Of a stretch of 64,000 bases of DNA, positions 1 through 12,600 are shown in pieces. The notes under the pieces are model-generated. The model made no database searches. It was not told the DNA's origin and saw only the letters and a list, made by a program, of their open reading frames with translations. Origin of the DNA: Candidatus Obscuribacteraceae bacterium (GTDB lineage: Bacteria; Cyanobacteriota; Vampirovibrionia; Obscuribacterales; Obscuribacteraceae); assembly GCA_044226015.1 (NCBI GenBank), contig JBGAHS010000006.1:320001-384000 (forward strand), given 5' to 3'. The number at the start of each line of letters is the position of its first letter. Position 1 is the first letter of the stretch. A program made the position numbers and the translations under genes.

Positions 1-231
1 TTAGAGAATGTTGATGCCCGTCTTACTGCTTTAGACAATCACCTGGTTCAGCTATATAAATTGATCTCTTTAGTGCTAACATCAATATTCGTTTCTGCAA
101 TATTAATCGCTCTAGGGACGCCAGTCGTGGCTATTCTGCTCTGGAAAAACAGATACAAGCTGTTGAACCGTCATCCTCGTGAAATCGATTTACAGCGAAC
201 ACTAGCCAGTGCAGGACGATACCAGCCTTAA
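1..231 (+). CDS. 3' end of a membrane protein (partial, begins before the window)
   Basis: Frame 1 is open from position 1 to TAA at 229-231 and encodes a hydrophobic helix (LISLVLTSIFVSAILIALGTPVVAILLW). Its stop overlaps the stop of the convergent gene. Confidence 0.6.
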   Translation, partial: LENVDARLTALDNHLVQLYKLISLVLTSIFVSAILIALGTPVVAILLWKNRYKLLNRHPREIDLQRTLASAGRYQP

Positions 232-3200
232 TTGGAAGAGTTTTTATCTGCCGCTGATTTTTCACGCCAGGCGAGAAAGGCTGATGCGAGAATAGCTAGA
301 GCCACCATGCGTCCGCGCACTTCGCCGCCAGGTCCCTTTTCCTTTGCCAGACGATCAAGTTCGCCTTCACTTGCACGGAATCCGCGCATAGCTTCAGCAG
401 CTCGTTCTTTTGCCTTGGCATGTTCTGGATGTTTAGCATCACTAAGTTGTGCGATGAAACGATTCTCCGATTCAATTGAAGCCTTTAGCTCTGCAATACG
501 TTTTTGATCTCGCTCGCTCTCTTGCTTGCCTTCCTCTGCGGCCAATCGAGATTCTAAGTCTTTGACTTTCTCAGACCAAACTTCCACAAAACTGAGGTCA
601 CGATCGGTACCACCAATACGAACACCGCGCTCTGAAATCTCAAGCTCTGCAACTTTGGGTTTCCCCTCCGGCAACCTTGTAATTTCAAGGCTCGCTGCGC
701 CTGCTGTAGCCGAACTAGTGGTGCCAACATCGCTAGGCAAGACTACATGTTTTTCTAGTGATTTCGCCACAAAATCATTCATGCCAGCTCTATCAGTTCT
801 GGCACTCGAAGAGTTTCCTCTATTGGTCTGCTCCAGAAGAGCAACATAAACAGATTTGGAGAGTTCGCCCACATTACCTCGAATGAGTCCTTCAGGCACA
901 CTTATCTTGGTTTGCACCTTATCGGCGGGTAATTCAGTTTTTCCGTCACCGAGGAAGAACTTTCCCTCAACTTTCGATACTGGCTTCGACTCTGCACCAT
1001 CACCGGTACTATATGATATCTCCACCTTTGTGCCGTCTTTGTTCACCACAAAATCAACGCGCTCTGGGTGCAGATTGGCATCCTTTATCCCAGCACCTTG
1101 CATAAAGTCAAAAACGGCATCTCTCAAACGCAAACCTGCATCACTCGGGTTCGAGCGCATATCGCCAGATGCCCTTTCGATGTGGTCATGAAAATCTTTA
1201 ACTGCTCGCTCGTTAAGCAGTTCTTTGGGCACAGCTAGTTTGTCGGGCGGAGTCGGTTCGAAAACAGCATTCTGTCCTTCACCTGCCAGCTTTCGCTGAA
1301 GCTCTTCATTAGCAGCTTTAAGCTGCTCAATTTCTCTCTCTCTTATTGCCAACTCTTCTTGATGTCTCTGCTGATTTTCAGCGATTATAGCTTCATCGCC
1401 AACAGGTTTGAGTTTTTGCGCCGCAAGTTCTCTGACTTGCTCTTTACTTAGGTTTGAATCAGGAGCAACTTTGACATAGAGAAGGTCACCCCTTCCAGGC
1501 TTTATGACAGCAGTTTTGCCACCATCATTGACTCTCAGGCGTCCATCAGCGTTGCGCACCCCCTCGACTGGATATTCTTTCCCATCTTTCGTCTTCAGTG
1601 TCAGTCGTGGTTCCTCTCCAGGCTTTAGCGACGGAGTTTGCTCCGCCTCAACACGCTTCACGCGCGAAGACATTTCCCATGACCTGCTAACGTAATTCTT
1701 GAGATTTCCGATGGGCTTAAATACATATTTCCCAACGAGATGAAATGCCAAAATCCCCGCCAGTGTTTCTCCAGCGAAAGTGAGTGCTCTTAGCCAACCT
1801 GGCTTGTCCTCTGGTTTTCCACCGGCTTTGATCATTTCCTCTTTGATTTTTTCTACAGCAGGTTTTCCAAGTTCTGCAGCTGCATTCAAATCAATATTTT
1901 CTGCTGGCTTTCGCTGAGCAATAATCAATGCACCTTGCACTGTCGGGTCTAACTTGTATGCCGGATCAATGTTCTCAATTGATTTCAACATATTGATGCT
2001 TTGCTCATTTAGTGAGGCATCCTTCGTCTGAACGCTTGCTTGCTGCAGCGCAAGAGCATAACTCAATCGTGCTTCGAAACCGAGACGGGCTTTTGCGACA
2101 AGCTCTACTGCTCTGTCCTCCATCTGATTTAGCTTTTCACCAGTGATTGAATCGCCAGCAACTATTCTCTTTTTCGTAAGTTCCTCAATCTCTTCGTTGG
2201 TCTTCTTTTGATCAACCAAATCAGCAGCACCAATAGCTTTCTCAAAGTGCTCTCTTGCTTTCGCAAGACGCTCGCTCACTGTGCCCAAGCTAGCGTCAGC
2301 CATTATCTGCTGAGCCTTTTTCATGTCTCCGTAGCCGTGTACTTTAGCTTCAACTGATTGCGTTTCTTTCTCATCAAGCTTGTACTTATCAACGAGTTGA
2401 ATGATCTCTGGAATATTTGCTGGTGCAAACCTATCGCGCACAGAATCCTTCAATAGAGTTTCGATCTGCTTTTGATCAGACTTCTGACCAGCTCGATCAA
2501 GCGCTATCGCGTACAAGCCTGATACAACACCGTAGGAATGCAACACGGACATATCTTGCTGGTGCATGTTTCTGCGCACCAACCCAGCAGCATTGTCTAC
2601 TGTGAATTTGTCCATTTGATTTTTCTGGTCTAGATATGCTGCTATTTTGGGATCCTTCTTTCCTTCTTCATCAAGCATGCGCTGAAATACACCGCGCCTG
2701 ACAGTGTCACTTTTCGGCAATTGTCCGATAAGTCCTTCAAGTTCTCCTACTCGTTTTTGTGCATCGGGGCTCAACTCACCCACCGCCTTTTGAACAGCAC
2801 GAAGATTAAGAACAAATTGCTTCTCTTTCTCAGGTGTCCACGGCGGCAGTTCGACTCCATTTTGCATGACTCGAACTTTACTTTGCACATCATCGATGAG
2901 TTTCTGTTGATGGTCAGAAACCCAAGTTGGTAAAGGCTTAGCTGCATCTTTCAATGCGTCTTCGAATGCTTTTCGCTGCGCGACAGTCAGCTCTTTTCCT
3001 GGCTCAACAGTCTTAAGTGCTTCAAATGCGCGTTGGGTTGAGTTGAGCGTGCCCTGAGGGATAGATTTCAGAAACTCGGGGTCAGCAACTTTTTCGAGCT
3101 TGGAATTTTCCGACTTCACCTTATCTGCAGCATCTTTTACAGCTACGGGAGCCTCGGTTCGAGAATCTTTTTTGGGAGAAACCTGTTCAACTTTAGGCGA

Positions 3201-3482
3201 AACATCTGGCGTCGATGGTTTTGCTGGAGGAATATCATTCTTTCCCGGAATAGGCGCGTCAGGCTTCGGTGAATCAGGCTTTGGGGCATCTGCTTTCTTT
3301 TGCCCGAATGGAGACTTGTGCCTGCGCTCATCCTCCCCACCATCTGCAAGAGCCAGCTGGGTTTGCACCGGTCTGGACCTATCACGTTCCCAATCGACTG
3401 CAGTGGCTAATTGATCAGAAGAGTCATCCCCTTTCTTTTCATCAAGCTGATTCTCGTCTTCACTGGTCTTATCCTTCGCCAT
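228..3482 (-). CDS. 1084-aa hypothetical protein: acidic/Pro-rich disordered N-terminus, helical core, central hydrophobic segment, C-terminal ~330-aa domain shared with the neighbouring giant protein
   Basis: Long ORF with a GAGG RBS before ATG 3482 and no signal peptide. Hydrophobic stretch WLRALTFAGETLAGILAFHLVGKYVF. The C-terminus aligns by eye with aa ~1965-2290 of the 5856-aa ORF. Confidence 0.9.
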   Translation of the reverse strand: MAKDKTSEDENQLDEKKGDDSSDQLATAVDWERDRSRPVQTQLALADGGEDERRHKSPFGQKKADAPKPDSPKPDAPIPGKNDIPPAKPSTPDVSPKVEQVSPKKDSRTEAPVAVKDAADKVKSENSKLEKVADPEFLKSIPQGTLNSTQRAFEALKTVEPGKELTVAQRKAFEDALKDAAKPLPTWVSDHQQKLIDDVQSKVRVMQNGVELPPWTPEKEKQFVLNLRAVQKAVGELSPDAQKRVGELEGLIGQLPKSDTVRRGVFQRMLDEEGKKDPKIAAYLDQKNQMDKFTVDNAAGLVRRNMHQQDMSVLHSYGVVSGLYAIALDRAGQKSDQKQIETLLKDSVRDRFAPANIPEIIQLVDKYKLDEKETQSVEAKVHGYGDMKKAQQIMADASLGTVSERLAKAREHFEKAIGAADLVDQKKTNEEIEELTKKRIVAGDSITGEKLNQMEDRAVELVAKARLGFEARLSYALALQQASVQTKDASLNEQSINMLKSIENIDPAYKLDPTVQGALIIAQRKPAENIDLNAAAELGKPAVEKIKEEMIKAGGKPEDKPGWLRALTFAGETLAGILAFHLVGKYVFKPIGNLKNYVSRSWEMSSRVKRVEAEQTPSLKPGEEPRLTLKTKDGKEYPVEGVRNADGRLRVNDGGKTAVIKPGRGDLLYVKVAPDSNLSKEQVRELAAQKLKPVGDEAIIAENQQRHQEELAIREREIEQLKAANEELQRKLAGEGQNAVFEPTPPDKLAVPKELLNERAVKDFHDHIERASGDMRSNPSDAGLRLRDAVFDFMQGAGIKDANLHPERVDFVVNKDGTKVEISYSTGDGAESKPVSKVEGKFFLGDGKTELPADKVQTKISVPEGLIRGNVGELSKSVYVALLEQTNRGNSSSARTDRAGMNDFVAKSLEKHVVLPSDVGTTSSATAGAASLEITRLPEGKPKVAELEISERGVRIGGTDRDLSFVEVWSEKVKDLESRLAAEEGKQESERDQKRIAELKASIESENRFIAQLSDAKHPEHAKAKERAAEAMRGFRASEGELDRLAKEKGPGGEVRGRMVALAILASAFLAWREKSAADKNSSN

Positions 3483-3695
3483 TTAACGAACCTCAAAAAT
3501 TGCAGCAAACAAAACTGCACAGATCTTCAATCTGTGCACGTCATTTCAAAAAATGATTCCTGTTTGACACGGACCTTCCTCTTTTCCGGAAAGCCCACCA
3601 TCCCCATGAAAAGATAATGCCGCCCGGACAATTTAATGTCAATGCGCAGTTCCGCATTTTTGCACTAATAGTTGTATTCCCGAATCCTTCGGGAC

Positions 3696-6600
3696 CTATT
3701 TTGCCCCCGCTGGAACAGATGTGCGTTCAGCCATCATCTTTTCGTATCGACTTCTGTAAACCGCGGCCTTATCAGGCTGACCGTTCCTCTCTAGAACGCT
3801 TGCGTAGTAGTTGAAGAGACCTATGGTTGAAGTGTCTTTCTCACCCTTGGCTCTTAGTCCAGCTTCAAGGGCCTTTTCGTAAGCATTGAAGGTTAATGCA
3901 ACTTGTTCTTTTGTACTTTCGCGATTGTCAGTTATCGTTTGACCGATCCACCAGAACGCTTCAAATGCGCGCTCAGCCTCCTCTTTACTCAAGGAGGCAA
4001 AATTCAGACTGGGAAGCTTATCGTTAACGGCTTTCAGATGTTCGATTGCTTTGTTTTTCGAACCGTCCTTATCCGTAAGCATCATTGGCTTCAAAGTTTG
4101 AAGAAGAGCTGCATACAACATGGTTTTGTCATGATCGCTCAGAGAAGGCGCTTTTAACAGCTCACTGATTTTCTCAACATTTTTCATGGCGGCACTCATT
4201 TCACCACATTGCATTTGAATTGCAGCGGCTTTAGCTAGCGAATAGCCTTCCTCAGCACGTTTTGCCGGGTCTTTTGCATAGATTCCCGCCGCTTCGAGGT
4301 TCAAGCTCAGGGCCTTGCCATAGTCGCGTGTCCTCTCCATCATTTGAGCAGCTCTCGAAATTGTATCGGCTGTCTCAACTGCATTTGGAGCATTCTTCTT
4401 GATCACATCAAGAGCCAATTCCGTCTGCGCTTTTATCTTCGAGGCATTGTAATAATATCCGTCACCCTTCATCATCGCAGAAGCGTAGCGCATTCGAGCC
4501 TGGGCAAGTTCAATGCTATCTGCTGGAAGAGCCTTTTCTCTTGCCGCTATAGACTGCTCCCAGAGCTGCTCGGATTCCCATTTTCTGGTCGAATTGCTTG
4601 CCTTCTTCTCAAGATCTTCAGCTTCATTACCAGTGTTAGGATTAGCCTTCAACCATTTATCAACCAGTTCATAAACCTGGTCAGATTTTGACGTCTCGAA
4701 TTTGTCCAGAACAGACTTGAAGGTCTCCCAAAACTCATTGTTTCGCTTGTCCTTGCCATCAAGACGGCTCTGCGCAACTTCAAGAAACTCTTTTATCAAA
4801 TGCATCTTGTTTGGATTGTCTTTTTCCAAACTTTCAATTTGTTTCTTCGCTTGAGCGCTTACCGAAGCATCAGAACTGCCCAGACAACTGATCACTTGCT
4901 TCCAGGCGCCTGACCAGAGTTTGTAGTCATCTTTTGTTAGTTTTGTATCTTTTGCAAGAACCTTATTTGCTAGCTCAAGACGAGCCTGCTCCGCGCCTCG
5001 GCCTGGCAGATTAGCCAGCAACTCCTTCAAAGCTTCGTCGTTCTTATCTATGGGATTTGAGATGCGAGCAATGGCATCTACGAAATGCTTCTGCATTTGA
5101 CTTTTCACAACGGCATCGTTGCTTTCGCTCAACTCAGAGAAAACTTTATAAGCCTGTATACGCATAGGGTCTCCGACCTTAACGCCTGAATTTGCGTCAA
5201 GTACACCGACTGCAAGCCCCATTCTTATTCTCTCACTGAGCCCATTTACTTGCAGCAGATCTCTTATCGCTGACAAACGTGGGTCATCAGATGATAGAGG
5301 TCGCGCCTTCATGTCTAAAGCAGCTTTCTCTAGAATTTGCCCCATTTCACTAAGTTGTGGTGACTTTGATTCTGGCAATTGGCTAATAAAAGAGTATGCC
5401 TTAAGAAGCTGTGCTTCAGCTTCAGGAGAGCGATTGCTTCCCCCATACAATTTGAGCATATGTTCCATTTTCGACTGTAGTATTTCTGGCCTCAGTGCCA
5501 GATGTGGTGGCAGTTTGAAATCAGAACTCTCACCAATTGCTTTCATGTAATTCTTTATGAGTTCACCATATTTTGGATCCTTCAGCATTTTCTCATGGTC
5601 TTGCTGCAGATCCGCAGCTAAGTTTCTCTGAGTTCTAACAAGTGTCTTCAAAGCATCAAGACTGTCATTCATAACTTTTGCAGCCGCCTCTTTTGGCATG
5701 GCCGCTAACAAGTCATAAGCTTCTTGCTTGGGAAACTCAGGCGTGATTCGAGCCAGAGCAACGTCAAGGTTTTCTGAACGAAGATTTTTCATCAACGATA
5801 TTGCATAAGGCTTATCAGCCGATTCTCCCATAGCTAACCGCGTAGTTTCCTCCACGGCAAGCTTAATAGTATCGTTGGCGACAGCGCGTTTTATTCCATT
5901 TGCCTTAAGTGTGTACTCAAGTGCTGCCATCTTCAAGTTATGGTCACCACTATTGATGGCATCTTTCAGCGGCGCCAATCGAGAGTCAGCGGCATCTTTT
6001 ATTTCCAGTGGAGTTTTGCTCTCTGCCATTTCTGCAAACATGGTGGCAAACTTCTTGCTTAAGGGGTGACTAGCACCCAATGTTGAGCTGGACAGAGTAG
6101 CCGCTCTAACAATTGCAGCCTGAGCCAGTCCAAGTTTGTCACTTGCCTCAAGACGCCTCAATGTCTCTTCAAGCGCTTTCTCGAGGCGCGCTGTATTTTC
6201 TGCAGAATCAGCTTTGAGATTTTTTACCGCATCAAGACTTCCATGCGCTGCAGCTGCAGAATCAGCGCCATCTAGTTTTGCTGAAATCAAAGCAGCTCTG
6301 GCTCTTATTTGTTCACTGTTTGCACCCTGGGACAACTCAGCCATCACGCGAGCAGCTGCGAATTGGTGCTCTTCAGTGAAATGTCCATTACTCTTGTCCA
6401 TGATGAAGTCAGCAGCTTTGTATCTGAGTTCCTCGGACTTGTTGCTCAAGGCAAACTTTGCATATACACTTGCTGCAAGCTTAAGATCTGTCTCCTTGAG
6501 ACCCCTATTCTCGGGAGAGAGTAGCAGCTCAGCAGCACGCACCCTCTGAATTTCCGAGAGTTTAGGATCATTCAGCGCCGACACAAGGAAGGGCACCCTC

Positions 6601-9600
6601 TGGTCAACTGCAGAGCGAATGCTCGGAAATTTTACACTAGATTCGCTAGATACCATTTGATCGACGATTCGAACAATACCATCATTCTTGCGCTTGAGAA
6701 TTTCCTGGTGTGCTTTGTTAGCAGACTCTCTGACTGAAGCATCTGAATGCTGAGTGGCAAAATATTTCAACGCCGGAATCATCTCTTTGTTTCCGAACCT
6801 CTGTAGCGTATCGAGCAACCTATTCTGATAGGCTACACTCTCGTTGTATCCTGCCTGACCTTGCCTTGGCATGAAGCGCATTTCCTGCTCAAGTGCTAGC
6901 GCAGCAATGCCGGCAGCTACCTCTGCATTCATTTTTCCTTTGTTTGGATCTGCAAGAGAATCAAGCGCATCCACAACTTTCTTTTTGTTATCTGCTGAAA
7001 GATCAATTTTCTCAGTCAACAAACTCTGCACGATCCAAGTCATATCGCCTCTTCCTGGACCGCTGTCCTTGCAGATTTTAGTGATTGCATCAACAGCCTT
7101 ATCGACAGCCTTAACTTTATCGGCATCTTCCAGCCCCAGTTCCTTGCCGTTACTCATAACAATGAAGGCGAGTGCTTTTCGTGCAAGAACACTTTGCGAA
7201 TCGTCGCCATCCTTCATCGCTTTTAGCATCAACTGATCAAATGACGACCACACATCGTTAATGACATTGGCTTTAGCATCTTTCTTCTTAGCTTCAAGTT
7301 CCTCTCTTCCCATGAGAAACTTGGTTAAGCCGCCGAGATTCGAAAGCATTTGGTTTACAGCCTGCCTCTCTGCTTCAAACCTTCCGGACCAGGTAAGAAG
7401 ACTCGAGTTTAGTTCCTTCGCAACTTGTCCCCACTTCCCCCACTCCCAGCTGAGAACGTCTTTGGGTCCCTCCAGCAGTGAAGCTCTTATTCGCTCAAAG
7501 GCTTGCTGATATTTTGCATTTCCTACCGCGCTAGTATTGTCCGGTCGTTCGGATGAGCCCAATCGAGGCTTATCTGGAGTATCAGAGATTGCTTTCTCCA
7601 CCATGCTTGAATCAATCCGTTTCAACTGATCAAGCATTGATTGGGCAAGTTTTGCTCTGCCAGTGGAGGAGCCATTTTTCACAATATCAGCACAGGCTTC
7701 TGCAATGCCATTGCGATCTAAAGATACAGGAGAATCCATCAAATATTGTGCAGCGGTTAGTCGCACCATGTCGTTCTTATCACGTAGAGCTTCTCGAAGC
7801 ACCGTCAAACGAGGGTCATCTTCACCCTTTATTGGCTCGACAAACATAGCCATATGCAGTGATTTTGAAACTGTATAGCCGTCTGCGTTTCTGTCAGCAA
7901 GTGCCTTGCCCATAAAATCAGCAAGTTTGTTTGCATCAGCCGGAGAATTAAATATTGAAGCAGGGTCATTCTTCTGCGCGTAGCGCAGCTCTAATTCAGC
8001 AGCTTTCCGCGCTAACTCATTTGATTCCGACTGATTATTTGACAATATTTTTGCAGCAGAAGATACAGAACGAAGTGGATGCGCGGCAGCATCACCATAG
8101 CCCGCAAAGACTTTCTGCTCTGTTCCGTCGGAACCAGATTTCGTGTAGACAGCACCATTTGCGTCAGTAAATCGTAAAGTTCCTCCGCGTCCACCCTCCA
8201 GAACCAGAAGTGTACCCTTATCAAAATTCCATGGCAGAACATTCATTCCTCTAAGAGATTCGGTTGATAGTATTTGCCCATCGGCACCCTTACCAACAAA
8301 TGAACCGTAGTTCTTATCCAATGACCAGGTTTGTACACTGTTGGCAGGCTTCGTTGTTACGCTTACATTTACTTTCTTTTCGTCACCCGTGAACACAAAC
8401 TCTTTTGTTTCTTTGCCACCAGGATATGTAAGAGTTATTTTGCGAGTATTCCCGCTCAATTCCTCTTCTATGAGCATTCCATTGACCTTCTGTACGTATG
8501 ATTTACCATCCTTTTTGTAGGTAAAATCACCGAAATCTCCTTTGACATTGAAACGGTCAAAGGTGCTCCACTGATATCGGTCAGTGGGACATGTCTCTGC
8601 TTTATTTAGCTGCACAGATGGTGCCTCTATCTTTTCTCCAGACTTAGTCTTGAAAAACTGAGGTTCTTGCGAATCGCGCTCAAAGACTTTACCAGAGGGA
8701 TACTCAGTAAATTTCACGACGCGGTCTTTCGAATCATATTCGAATTTGCGAATATTGCCAGCGTAATCAACCAGCTGAGGACGTCCGGCTGCATCAACAG
8801 ATTTAATTGGTTCTTTGTGCGATAGGGCATCGAGAATAGGAGCAATCTTCTCGCTCTTTAACTCTCGAAGGGCTTCAACAATTTTCTCCTGTAGCGCGAC
8901 ACTTTTTCCATATTCATCGTAGTTTGCAAGCGGGATTCGAGGCATACGCTTCAACTCAGCCTCAAGAACCCTTGCTAAAACAATTGCGGCCTCGTCCTTG
9001 CTTACTACTCCATTCTCTCCTGGCTTAAGTCCCATATATGAATCTACCAGCGAATGCCTGGCTGAGGCGCTTAGTGAGGGATTATTCAATAAAGCAGCTT
9101 CAAGTGGTCCGGCTAATTCACTTGCATATTTCTTAATCGCATCCATGTCTTTGTATGCATTGAAGATAGGTCCATACAATCCAGCTGCCGCTATTTCTGC
9201 GCTGTGTAATTCGGGATGGGTTACCGCATAGATGAGAGCTTTTCTGGCCTCAACACATTCTGGTTTGAAGGGATCAAACATCTTTCCAAAGCCATCAGAG
9301 CCCAGCGCCAGACTGCGTGCTTGAGACACCCAGAATTTTTCCGAACCATTCCGAGAAATCTTATTGTAGGTGTCTAAACCGTCATTTAGTAAGCCAGGTT
9401 TGGCGCGGTCGCGAACACGACTCTCCAATCGCTCGACTTCCTCCATAGCTTTGACAGGATCCATATCAGGACGTTGTCCGTATTCAAGATTTCTGAGGCG
9501 CGCCAGAACAGCTGGGTCCTTTTCGGTACGCAAAGCCTGCAATGCTATTTCATGAACTTCCAATGGCAGTGCTTTCTCTAAAGTCTTCACCGCTTGCAAC

Positions 9601-12600
9601 CGAACAACGGGAAAATCTGCTTGGACCTTATGTCCTTGATAGTCGCCTCCTGACAGTAACAATTTAGCTAAATCAGCAGCTTTATCGGGATTCATCTTTG
9701 TGAGCGCATCAAGTGCTGAAACACGCAGCTCTGGGCGCCCTGCTACATAATCGGGATAAAGTGTTCGGGAATCGAATGAACGAAAGTGCTGCCGTGCCTC
9801 TGGCATTAGCAGGGCTTCCAAATATCTCTGCGCTTTGCTTTGCTGTGCTTTGCTAGCACCTTCGAAAAGTTCAGGCATCTTATTCAACAGCACTTCGCGA
9901 AGTGCAAATCCTGCCTCTGTAGTAGGAGTATTTTTCAGGATTTTGAAAGTGCTTTCTCTTACTTGATCAGCTTTCTCAACTGACATATTTGCAAGCGTTG
10001 CCGCATCAATTTTTACCAGTGCAGCTATAGAAATTTCAGGGCTAGCCGTTTGTATACAATCAGCTAGAGCGTCCCCTATGATCTTCTGAGCCTTATCTTT
10101 CTTATCTCCGAATATTTCCGGACCTAAATCCTTCGCCGCTTGTGCAGCTTGAAGTCTTGCAACTAGCAATTCAACACGCTGATTGGGAGTCAAGTCTGTG
10201 TTGGGAGGTAAAGGATTCTCCAAAATTTTACGCAGATTACTTACATATGCATCACTGATGGCACCAGGCTTTGAACCAAGCAGCTTAGATTGTTTTGAAA
10301 GTTCTGCAATAGCGTCAGTTTGCTCATTGCTCAAGAAAAGCGCTCGTCCTTTATCCTTGTCCCCCACGATCACAGAGTCGCCTGACTTCACTTCCATCAA
10401 CTTGCCTTTGGGAACTGGTATATGGTCGCCATTTCTGGCAATCCAAACGGGACCATCCTTTGCAGCAACATATTGCTTGCCATCAGCTTCTATCTTAAAA
10501 ACTGCATGCGAAGGAACAATACCAGGACCATCGAGAATTACATCACCTTTGCTGCCAATTTCTACAAGAGAACCAGGAGTCACAGGTATACCATTCACAG
10601 TGGTTCGATCGAGAGCCACCATGCTCAGTGCCTGAGAGGCAAGAGCGCGAACATCTTTGTCAGCGGCGAGGTCAGAGGAAAGTCCTCGCAAGAATTTTTC
10701 GATAGACTTGGAGTCTCGTCCATAAAGACCGCTCAATCCATCGATGCGAGCATTATCGTCCGTCTCTCGAAGTAGCGCAGGTTCAACACTGGCTTTCAGG
10801 TGCTGTAGAATTGCGGCAAGCCGAGGACCATTAGCTGAAGCGATTGCGTCAAGCTTCACCTGCCGCGGAGTCTTATCACTCTGTATTACCGCCATCAAAG
10901 TGCTGGCAAAATCAGCAGCATTGTAATTTACTTTCTTTAGAAAGTCGTGGACATCATTCTGCGCATTTCTTAGCTGCTCAAGCTCATCTTTTGCAGTTTT
11001 TGCAGCAGTCTTCAGGTCTTCATTGTCAGGGTCTTTGGCAAGCTTTTCATTTGCTTCATTGTACTTCTTTTCGCCTTCAGCAGCCATTCGAGCATGAACA
11101 TTGAGGCTAGAGCTGCCCATTTGAGCTGTTCGGAAAAGCAAATCGCCTACAGCAATTTTAACTTCAGGATCGTCGCTGTTTCTGACTCTCTTATTGAGGT
11201 AGTCTAATACACCTGCAACTGTCTGATTTGTATTTGGAATTTGCGAGGTCAAACTATCATTGCCTCTGAGCGAAAGCAAGACTATCGCCGCAGCGACTTT
11301 CTCACGCTCTGTTCCAGACCAAAATTTGTCATCGGCATCTTTGAGAAGCTTCTTCCGGTCCGCATCGTCAGGCGATTTCAAAACACTTTCAGTCAAGCGG
11401 CTTAGAAGTCCTTCGGCAGAGCGATTATTGAATGTCGCTACATCATTGATATCGAGAGCGGACTTAGCATCTAGAGGACTAAGCTTTCCATCTTTTCCCA
11501 TAGACAATTGCAAAAGAGCTTTAGCAGCAGCATACTTCTCTGATGGCTCAGAAGGATTCTTATAAATATTCGCAAGCTCTTGTCTGTATGCTTCTCGGTC
11601 CTCATCACTTGGTGACTTGCTCAAGAGTTCTGTGCTTTTATGAGCTATGGCTTCTGGGCTGCGCGCCAACTTCTGTTGTAAGTCAGAAGTACTTATTCCC
11701 ATTACTTGCTCTGGATACTTTCCTTCAGCATCCTTTGACAAATTGAGAAGAGCCGCAGCGATTGCATATTTTTTCGCATCAGTCGCAGTCTTCCATTCTT
11801 CAGCAAGTTTGACTGAAAGCTTTACTCTGTCAGGATTGTTTGCAGGAAGTTTTATTGCTTCCTTAGCTGCATTTCCAATCTGCTCACTCTCTGCAGATTG
11901 ATTTTTGTTTCCTAATCGCTTGATGTATTCATCAATCGTAGGCTTCATTGCTTGCTTGAACTGCTCATCGGTAGCTTCCGAAGGGTTTGCATACAGTGGC
12001 TTGTCTTTATCACGTGCGATTTTGTGACGTTCCATTGCATCAAAAAGCATAGCTCTTTGAGGGTCATTCTTGTCTTTAATGGCAGCGGCAGTATCGCTAA
12101 ACTGAGCAAGGAAGTAACAATCAGCCAGTGGAAATACTCCAATAGGCAAGACTCTTCCGATCACGGGAAGCTTCCATCCCTCATACAGTTTATGTGCACC
12201 GCGTACTGCAGTGTCATACAACCCCATGGTCATCTTCACTTCAGTGCCAGCCGCCACAACTCTACCGAGTTTGTATGCTTCGACTGCACTTTCCGCCTCT
12301 TTTGCTGTTCTTCCCCACTTAAAGACGTTTACAGAATTCCAAACAGCCTTTTGTGCACCCGCAGGCAACATTCCAATCGAAATATCAGCAAGTATGACGT
12401 AATGCCGCGCTTCGTTTATTTTCCTTCCATAACCAAAAGGCGTCAGGTTTTCGATTGCCTGTTTTCCAAAACCAGTAGCACCGAGTGCGAAGTGCCATGC
12501 CCCCTCTTTTACAGCGGCTTTAAAAACCTGTGTACCTGTCATTTTCATTGCTTTTGCAGCCATTGCAGCCGCACGAGCTTCATACAGACCACTAACAATC

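Noticed and set aside
8100..8800. RHS/YD-repeat toxin core in the giant protein
   Set aside because: Only one or two YD-like units and no RHS core or PxxxxDPxG motif; recorded only as a beta-rich insert.
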